This document shows positions 55,801 through 64,000 of a stretch of 64,000 bases of DNA, in pieces. The notes beneath the pieces were generated by a model, which was not told the origin of the DNA, made no database searches, and saw only the letters and a list, made by a program, of their open reading frames with translations. Positions within the stretch are counted from its first letter, which is position 1; every line of letters begins with the position of its first letter. The stretch comes from Psilocybe cubensis (Eukaryota), in contig CM039000.1 in the NCBI GenBank assembly GCA_017499595.2, forward strand, positions 1,240,001-1,304,000, in the 5' to 3' direction. Made by a program: the position numbers and the translations under genes.

Positions 55801-57271
55801 TCTCTAACATTGATGAGTACCTGGTGCGTCTTCATTGTGTCTTTCTTTAAATTGTTTTATTAAATTAAATCATGTTTTAGCCCAGATTAGAGGCCGACAT
55901 CAAATACTTTTTGTTGAAAACGGCAACATGGACCTGCGCGTGGTTTAACAAAACCAAATTTCACATTATTCTTCATCTTCCAGAACATGTCCGTCGGTTT
56001 GGGCCAGCAATATTGTTTGCCACGGAATCGTTTGAGTCATTCAATGCTATTATCCGTGCAAAAAGCATTCACAGTAATCACCAAGCACCTTCACATGATA
56101 TTGCCCGTGGCTTTGCGCAAGGCAATCGGATTCGCCATCTTCTTAGTGGTGGTTTTTTTCTTCCACAAGAGCTTTATCAGTCTTGGAAAAAGGATCCAAC
56201 AAATGTGGCTAATTCAGAGTGGCGCACTGCTGGACCTGGAGGTCTTCACCTTATTGATGCTCCAGACTCAACACCAGCTAGCTATTTGGGACTGCAGAAA
56301 CCTGCTGCCAGTAAGGCTGGTAAGTTATATTTACAAATCTATACTACTAGTGAGCGGTCTAATGCAATGGCCTAGGTTCATGCAAATCTAATGGCACAGA
56401 TCCTCAACCATTTCATCGCACATTATGTGGCCAAAAGCTTCCCAACATTGTGCTCAATACTGCAGCCAGCCAACAACTGTATGTAACCAATTCCCAGGTC
56501 TATCTGAGAAACGAGGATCTATGCACCATAGGACAGTTTGTCATTGCCCAAATTCATCCATCCCAGCCGCCTCTGATAGGGTGTGTTCGAGAGATCTTGC
56601 AGCAGGTTGGCTCTCCAAACCATCTTCAAAACCGGCCCGATGGTATTCTTATTCAAACAGCTTTACACCAACCGCCGTCGCACATATTGCCTGCTGGACA
56701 ACTGCAGCCAGTTTTTATGCCCCGTCTGATTCTTCAGCAGGAGTGGTCCTTCATTCCGTGGAGTTGCCTTCTTTGCACCGTAAATACTCAACATGACTGT
56801 CAACGTCATGGATGCCAGGCAAATGGGCTACAATACATCTATCAAGAGCGAATACAAACTGATCAGACTAAGGCAACGATACTGCATCAAAACTCATTGG
56901 ATGATATGCTCCTCCTCAATATGTGTCAAATGCGCGATGCTGCTCATCTCCAAAGTTTTCGCCTCCACTCTGCCCCGTTAAACGAAGATGCTATAATTCA
57001 AAGAAGTGTGGCTCAAGCCATTGTTCAACGGAAGGCAGGAGAAGCCTCCCAATCAAGTACTTCCAAACCAACCAAAACACCAACAGCCGCCTTGAGACAA
57101 CATGCCCAGAGCCCCTTGGGCACCCCTACTCTAGCAGCCACACCTTCTGGGGGTGTCAGTTTGCCTCAACATGCTTCAGCAGGAACATCTTCTGGAGGTG
57201 TTAGTTCACCTCGACGTAGCAGGCAAGCATCTGTGGTATATCCAGGTCAAATAACATTGGACTTTCGATAG
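52856..57271 (+). CDS. DDE transposase, CACTA/Mirage/Chapaev (CMC)-like, with N-terminal C2H2-type Zn finger; 11 exons, about 1,290 aa
   Basis: Ten GT-AG introns join the ORFs with no stop seen. Motifs: YYCRVCQ..HLNEHFNTTKH; MYCDDTSGNQSKKWNKH (D1); LLGDNPM (D2); FCRIC (CxxC); VEILH; KFHIILH (HxxxH); FATESFESFN (E); C-terminal NTQHDCQRHGC. Confidence 0.82.
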
Positions 57272-57324
57272 AAGTAAAACCATACTGTATTTATTTACTA
57301 GAATTCTACAAGAAGAATAGCAGA

Positions 57325-59662
57325 TCAAACTTGTCCAGAGACCTCAAACGCAGCTTTTGAAATAAGATCTTGTAAGGTGCACAACATGCCCAACCCCCTC
57401 TTCCATCGTGTTGGCCTAAGCTCCATTTGCTCTTGATAAAGCTTGGGGTTTGTACGTTTTAACTCCTTCTCGGTGCGGTAGCCATAATCAACCCATCTAA
57501 ACAGGCCACCTGAAGCATACTGAGTAAAGGAAGCACGCTCCTCTCCGTGTTCAATGCTGGTGTTTGAATGTTCTAGGACGGCGGACGGCATAAGGATGGT
57601 AGATCCTGCAGGGAACTCAATGGCCACTTTCAGGCCCCACACCACAAAGTGACCACCCTTTTTGGCATTGAATTTCCCTAAAGACTGGATGGCGCACCAG
57701 CCATATGGACAGTTTTTGATATCAAAATGCGGGATGGTGCAAACCACAGACCCTAGGTTGAAGGTGGCCGCCGGAAATATGCTGCGGCGAAACAGTCGGA
57801 CTAGCGTGGAGTCATTGGCGAATATCTTATCCATGTACAACTTATAGTGGTTGTACACTTTAGGGCTCCATGTAGCAAATGCACCTGTGGATGTGTTTAA
57901 AAACAGGTTCACAAAACAGGCATAGGGGTCACTTACTGCTGGCAAAACTGGCCATTCGTTGAATGCTTTCCGACTGCAAGAGCTTGGCAGTGATTTTGGG
58001 ATGGCGCTGGACGCGGTTGAGTGGAGAGTGTGTCCCTACACCGTGTGTAACGCCGATGTTGAGTGCGGGATAATGACCACGATTTTCTGAATAGTCTTCG
58101 TGTGTAAACGCTGTGGTGTGTCCGGCCTCCCTCAGTAGATCGAATGCTTCCTCCGTGGCACGTTCGTATGCAGGGTCCTTAGGACGGCCTGCCAGAACCA
58201 TAAAAATACGTCCGTCTTCAGAAACAAACGGGACGGGGGTGCTATAGTGCATTAGCTTTAACTCCATCAAACTGAACAGATCAGAACAGTTGTAACTCAC
58301 CATCCATCCCAAGGTATAATGCGGAACCCAAGGGCCTTGATGGCATCCAAGCTATATAGGTGACTTTTGTGGGGTTTTGTCGGTTTAGCACCATAGGCGC
58401 CTTGCGTGGCAGGCAAAGCGTCAAGCTTGACGTTGAGAGCCTCTGGCTGGCAGCTGGGAAGCATGCTTAAAAGACTGGGTTTTGGTGCGTGTCCGTGCTT
58501 ATTGTATTGTAACGTCCGCTGATACTTGCGGCTGCGATGACTGTTGGAAAGCCCATCGTATGGCCTTTTCAGGCTGGCGGTTTGCACGGATGGGTCTCGC
58601 TGAGGTAACAAAAGCGAAAGCTTGGTCGACGATTGCGAAGGTACAATCGGCGGTGTCGACATATCGTCAACCGATGGTGTCGACGCATCGTGGGCTGACA
58701 GCATCGACTCGCGGGTTGACGGGGTCGACGCGTTGTGGGCTGACGTCGTCGATTCGCGGGTTGACGGGGTCGACGCGTTATGGACTGACAGCATCGACTC
58801 GCGGGTTGACGGGGTCGACGCGTTGTGGGCTGACGTCGTCGATTCGCGGGTTGACGGGGTCGACGCGTTATGGACTGACAGCATCGACTCGCGGGTTGAC
58901 GGGGTCGACGCGTTGTGGGCTGACGTCGTCGATTCGCGGGTTGACGGGGTCGACACGTCGTGGATCGACGTCGTCGATTCGCGGGTTGACGGGGTCGACA
59001 CGTCGTGGATCAACGCCGTCGGCGTCGACGTATTGTTCGTAAACTGCGTCCAGGTATCGTCCGTCGACCGATTCTTCGACGCATCGTGGATCGACGGCGT
59101 CCAGATGTCGTGAACGGATGGCATCGACGTATCGTCGGTCGATGGAATCAAGACATCTATTGACAAGTACGTGAATGGGCAGATGACGAGTAGGCAAACA
59201 TGGTGACTCACCTTGATCCAGATCTAACAAGTCTGTGTCCTCCCTTGCATCTGCTGCCCGCCAGGCAGAGATCAAGTCAAAAGCCAACGGATCCTCCCAT
59301 ACCTCAGGCTGACACTGGGCATACACCCTCCCAGATCGTGTCTGCTTGAACAGATTTCCGATTTAAAACTCGGTATATGCATAGAAAAGTTTCCAAGGAC
59401 GTACCGTATAGCGCGCCCATTGGCAGGCCGACATCTGTGCATGCAAAAACCGACGGTGAGCAGGGTTCTTGCAATCACGACACGCCCCAGCTCCTGCGTT
59501 GGCTGGCAGTTTGACAGACCCGGCCCAGGGGTGATCCCTCGCCTGGCAAGCCTCTAACCAACGCGAGAGCTGGGCCCTGTCGCGTTTCTGATATACGAAC
59601 GTTTGCTTACCGGTGGGACGGGTATTTATACGAACGCGAATGAGGGGAATGTTGAACCTCAT
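57325..59662 (-). CDS. TET/JBP-family 2-oxoglutarate/Fe(II) dioxygenase (fungal transposon-associated type); 5 exons, start codon uncertain
   Basis: ..TRSGRVY..; IIPWDG/CTPVPFVSEDGRIFMVLAGRP; RGHYPALNIGVTHGVG; FPAATFNLG..TIPHFD (HxD); GWCAIQSLGKF..KKGGH; IEFPAGSTILMPSAVLEHSN (distal H); EERASFTQY (2OG-binding R); GGLFRWVDYG. Confidence 0.88.
58655..59015. repeat. Coding minisatellite: 7 x 45-bp units with 90-bp higher-order periodicity
   Basis: Core TCGCGGGTTGACGGGGTCGAC starts at 58709, 58754, 58799, 58844, 58889, 58934 and 58979. Encodes H(N/D)(A/V)STPSTRES(TTSA/MLSV) in the TET/JBP frame. Confidence 0.95.
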
Positions 59663-59911
59663 TAAACAGATCAGGGGTCAGGTGATAGGGGTCAGGTGAC
59701 GTAGGTGGACGCGTCGCACCCGCGACACACTTCAACTGCTTTGACCTCAGAACACCTGGTTATACGTCAGTCCGCTACAAACACAAACACCGCAGAGTAA
59801 TGCAGGTCTCAGGAATACTACCCAGGTGCGTTATATTTCATGCATCCCTTTTGTAAGGCCAAATTGACAATATAGTATTGAAAGTGCTGCAGATTCTATC
59901 TCACAAACCGT

Positions 59912-60815
59912 CTAAACAATAGCGATGGGATTGTCAGACTGCAAAGGCTGAGGAGGAATGTAAACCGGTACGTTAATGCCATGGGACGTCAACGCTGCTT
60001 TCAGCTGTTGGCTCCAATGCCTCTCTTCCACCAGCATAATTGCTGTGTTGTGTTCCTGTCTGACATATGTCCTCAACTGCTCTTCTAGACCCTCCACCAC
60101 CAACGTCAGGTATGCAGAGCGTCGTTTGGAATTCTTCACAGACCTAACCAAGTTTTTCACCGCCTTTTTAGTTGACTGGGCCTCCTGGCGTGCTGCGGCA
60201 AGGTCCAACCATGCCGTTCGAAGCTGATCCTTATAGGCCGCAGCTTCTCTTGTTGCCTCGATGGCTATTTCACGCCGAACAGTAATCTCTGCCTCCAGAT
60301 CGCGTCGGGAACGTGGATAGGCCCTGTTCAAGCCGATTGTGGTTTTGTGGCGAGGAACCTCGGAGGAATGGTCTAATAAAGTGGATGTGAGTGGTCTCAA
60401 CCTTTCACAGCAATACTGTCAACTTATGAAACGCACCATTCTTTTCAGGCATTTTGGATACAACCGGCTGGTCTTCGAGATCGCTTTGGCACGTTGATCC
60501 AGGAGTATCACCTAGTTGAGTTTGGATGGTGTAAGTTCAAGTGCGTTCGTGATAAGATTCTATTTACCAAGGCCGTAAAAACTGTAGTTGGGCAGACCAT
60601 CAGTAACGTCAAGCCCTACGGGTGGGAGGTCAGGGTAGGTTATGCTGAGGTTTAACAAGGTTTGTTTACTGACCTGCATTCAGAGTTGACAGGTACTTTT
60701 TAGGTGCCTCATCGTCTTCATCTTGGTTGTGCTTCCTGAAACTTTTTTTTGGCGATGGAGTCTTAGGCGACAGCAGGCGGGATGGTAGACAATTGTCAAG
60801 AGTGTTGGTAGACAT
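59912..60815 (-). CDS. Transposon passenger gene: coiled-coil protein of unknown function, multi-exon
   Basis: ATG 60815 MSTNTLDNCLPSRLLSPKTPSPKK...; plausible GT-AG introns; last exon has heptad-rich RRDLEAEITVRREIAIEATREAAAYKDQLRTAWLDLAAARQEAQ. Confidence 0.6.
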
Positions 60816-60964
60816 GTTGAGCGGTTCAAGATAACGAAACCACACAAATATCAGACTGATGGTTAAGGGAGTGAGAGAGTGAGACAAAAGGTGAGCAAAC
60901 CTTTGGAATAACTTTGACGCCTCCTTTTTATGTGACGCGTAGGTTTGTTGTTGTCGACGTGACA

Positions 60965-61030
60965 CGACGCGAATTGTTGATTGACCTCGAACGCGACGCG
61001 AATTGTTGATTGACCTCGAACGCGACGCGA
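60965..61030. repeat. 29-bp tandem repeat (2.3 copies) in the divergent intergenic region
   Basis: CGACGCGAATTGTTGATTGACCTCGAACG at 60965-60993 and 60994-61022, plus partial CGACGCGA. Confidence 0.9.
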
Positions 61031-61113
61031 TTCGTTTGTTGTGGCAAACATGGCAAATCAAACTTGGGGTATAAAAGCAAGGTAAGAGACGTTTGCTTGA
61101 TTCTGAATCCACA

Positions 61114-62674
61114 ATGTCTCATTCTTCGATTGACCCAGCTTTTGCATCACAGCCTGTTTCTCGTGACGTGGACCGCCCAACTGGTACACAGCTGTTTATT
61201 GACAACCTGGTTCACCGATTCAACCTCACAAGCGACCACAGTGCAGATCTCACTTTTCTTTATCAGGTAAACTTGTTTTTTACATAACGCCTACATCAAA
61301 CTGCTTCTAACTCGTAAACCCGCAGATCTGTACAGCCGTGCCTGAAGAGCAACCTCCTTACACCGAAGTGATAAGTCGAATCATGATGTTGGCCTGCCAG
61401 TTTGGGGCCGAAGTTCGTCTGCATAAAGCACTGACTGCCACGCAAACACATCTACAAGGACTCGGGCAGCTGAGCAGTTTTTTGGCTGATTATGAGCTGC
61501 AAAAAGATGAGAACTTTGTGTTATCAAACGCACAAAAGGTGAGTCATTGTTTGCCTTTATGAACACGGTGGTCTGAGCCAGCTTTTAGATGGCCATTAAA
61601 TCAACCTGTATCAAAGAGCTTCTAAAGCCCTCTAGACAGTCCTTTAAGACGCTTCACATCGATGTTGAGGTGCGTTCTTTTCACTTTAATTGGCGGTCTA
61701 AAACAAATGCATTTGCAGGCAAAGATGAAAAAAAAGCCCGCAGACAATTACCTTGACAACATCCTGAATCGGCTGGGACGTGAGGCCAAATGGATGGCGC
61801 ATATACGAACCGTTTGTACGATTCAGAGAAACACGCTTCGAAAAGAGGTGTGTGGTTGTCCGGTTTACCATATGCCGTGTACTGATGTGTGAAATTAAAG
61901 ATCATACAAAGCATAACTCCAGGCCCAAAGTTTACTTCTGTGCAAGAATTTGCGGCGGGCCTCATTGTGAAATATCGTCTGCCTACGTCAGAGTCTGGTG
62001 CAAATTCCAACACAGCTTACCTCTCAAAACATGTGTTATTGGTGTGTCTTCAATATTTCTGATTCAAAAAGTTTCACTAACGTGGCAATGTAAAGCGGCG
62101 GTTTTTCTGGGACCATTCATCTACGTTTTCGGCCTTTGAACTTGAGAAGGATGACAACAACTCAGAAGAGGAGAACAATGACCAGGATTTTGGAACACCA
62201 AGCACCGACAACTCTAGCGATTCGGGTCATTCTGCTACCAAAAAACGTAAATTGCAAAAAACAAACATTCCCGCTGGGAAAACTCGCGGTCGGGTGGCTG
62301 ATGGCGAAGACTATTGGTCCAAAGTTGATCAATGGCTCAAGAGGCTTGACGATGAGCTGGGAGATAATACAGCTGAGTTGAAACAGTCCGAGTTTTCTCT
62401 TGTATTCTCAATGAGTTATGCTAAGCTTGTGAATAGATTTATTGCTGAATGTCTGGAGATGGACTCTCTCAGGACCAATAAAGGCTTAGATTTCTCAAGC
62501 CACCCTTCCGAGCGCTCTTTTACCAGCCCTAGCAATGTCACATCCGACCCACAACCCACCACTATACAGTCCTTTCCTTCCAATTCTTCTTCGAGGCTGC
62601 CTGAACCTCATTTAAATTTTGGTAATGCAATTGCTCAATTATTTAGTGGTCCTTCAACAGGTAGACCTTTTTAG
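61114..62674 (+). CDS. Transposon passenger gene: unknown, probably helical protein with acidic/basic tract, multi-exon
   Basis: MSHSSIDPAFASQP..LFIDNLVHRFNL..LYQ/ICT..; ENFVLSNAQK/; HIRTVCTIQRNTLRKE/; acidic EKDDNNSEEENND, NLS-like KKRK, GRVADGEDYWSKVDQWL; GT-AG introns of about 50-60 bp. Confidence 0.6.
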
Positions 62675-63148
62675 CCACTAGACTCCACTACAATATAGTT
62701 ATTAATTATGCGGAAATGTATGTGTAAACGCAACTAAATCTGAAGTTGATGTTGAGAACATGTAGCCCCTAATATTCAGTTTGCTAGTGTTTGGCACCGG
62801 TGATCATTTGATCAACAGCAACGAGTTATCGCTTTCATCTTTTCCTCCATGATCTCGCACAGCGGCACCGTGTTTTCCGCCGTGCATTGTTAAGAGATCC
62901 AGCCCTTTCATGTACTAAAAGCCATGCACTGGAAAGATCCAGATTCCCAATATGTGGGAACGCGTTGAGCGGCATGGTTGGGCATAGTTTTTTTTTGGTG
63001 ACTGACATTTGATTTGTAGATCGCGCACTGGTGCAAGAACCTGCTTATTGCTGAGTATTTTTAGACAGCTATCCATGGCGAAAATTACTTATTTTAACAC
63101 CACAGGTTCAAGAATATGTGCTTTGAAGTTTGACAAGGTCCAAGAACA

Positions 63149-63307
63149 CCATTGCCGGAATCGATAGCCATCGTCGACACCATAGTTTGGCTCTGGAGAA
63201 TGGGTGATAGTTGGATGCGCAACACAACATCGTCAACGCCATAGCCGGAATCGATCGCCATCGTCGACACCATAGTTTGGCTCTGTGGAATGGGTATTTG
63301 TGGATGC
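63149..63307. repeat. Imperfect direct duplication (about 70 bp, 90-bp period) inside the transposon
   Basis: GCCGGAATCGAT(A/C)GCCATCGTCGACACCATAGTTTGGCTCTG..GAATGGGT starts at 63154 and again at 63244. Confidence 0.85.
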
Positions 63308-63921
63308 AATAACCCAGTGAGTACTTTATAGGATAGACGTTAGATTAGTAGTTATTTAGCTTCAGCTTCATGCTCAATATATGGTGTTTTATTATAACCT
63401 AATCTTGTATGAAAGACCAAAAATAAAATTTCACAATGATATTATACTGTGAATACATATGAAAAGCCTACAAAAAAATATGTATTTGCTAGAATGTGGC
63501 TGACACAAACGGTGCTTGGCACTTATGTGGCAGCCACATGAATTTCGGCCTGTTGTGTCACCCACTGATATCGGATGGAGGTGGCAGACACATGTTTATT
63601 TGTGTCTGACATACATCGGCCAAACACATCCAAAAATGTGTCCAGCGGCCGCCTGTGTACTGCCCGTACAATTGAAACACTTTTGGACTCATTAAATAGA
63701 AAACTGTACCTTGAAGAGCCAGAACAATGAAAGATACTGTAGTAACTGATTATTTTAGATCATAGCTAGTAGTACCTTGAATGTATCTAATTAGTATCCG
63801 TCTTATCATCGAGGAATTTTTTGTGTATTTTTAACGATTTTTTCGCGAATTTTCAGGCCTGTATTTAGCATACCTCCTGAAACCCATAACCCCTGATAAC
63901 CCATACCCTGAGCCGTCCACC

Positions 63922-63951
63922 GAGAGGTATGGGTTAAGAGGGGTTCAACTG
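63922..63951 (-). repeat. Right terminal inverted repeat (30 bp)
   Basis: GAGAGGTATGGGTTAAGAGGGGTTCAACTG followed by TA. Confidence 0.95.
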
Positions 63952-64000
63952 TATACCTGGAAATGCATAATATCGAAGGGTGGTGAGGGCACGCGTTCGG

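Larger units (their letters stand above)
52215..63951. mobile_element. Complete 11.7-kb TIR DNA transposon carrying a TET/JBP dioxygenase gene
   Basis: Perfect 30-bp TIRs (CAGTTGAACCCCTCTTAACCCATACCTCTC at 52215-52244; reverse complement at 63922-63951). TA on both sides (52213-52214, 63952-63953). Internal DDE transposase plus three passenger genes. Confidence 0.92.

Noticed and set aside
58482-59113. Overlapping ORFs on both strands over the minisatellite, and a CRISPR-like appearance
   Set aside because: The frames stay open because the 45-bp unit lacks stops. There are no unique spacers or cas genes, and the DNA is eukaryotic.

Overview
Intron-rich fungal DNA, most likely an Agaricomycete mushroom. 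The first ~52 kb is host sequence: a Bin3/MePCE-type methyltransferase (partial), tRNA-Phe(GAA), an MDR dehydrogenase pseudogene, an FAD oxidoreductase, two paralogous P450s, CHMP7, five tandem Cys-rich single-pass membrane protein genes, an aldo-keto reductase, an SPFH protein, ATG8, RAD57-like, HID1-like, two tandem cupredoxin-like genes, SNF8, POL31, glutamate decarboxylase, PET100, a serine dehydratase and a cerato-platanin. The standout is a complete 11,737-bp DNA transposon (52215-63951). It has perfect 30-bp terminal inverted repeats, a TA target-site duplication, and a telomere-like subterminal block repeated in DIRECT orientation inside both ends. It carries four spliced genes: an apparently intact ~1,290-aa CACTA/Mirage/Chapaev-like DDE transposase with an N-terminal Zn finger, an apparently intact TET/JBP-family DNA-base dioxygenase containing a very CpG-dense minisatellite, a coiled-coil protein, and an unknown protein. 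All exon models were built by eye and no database searches were run.
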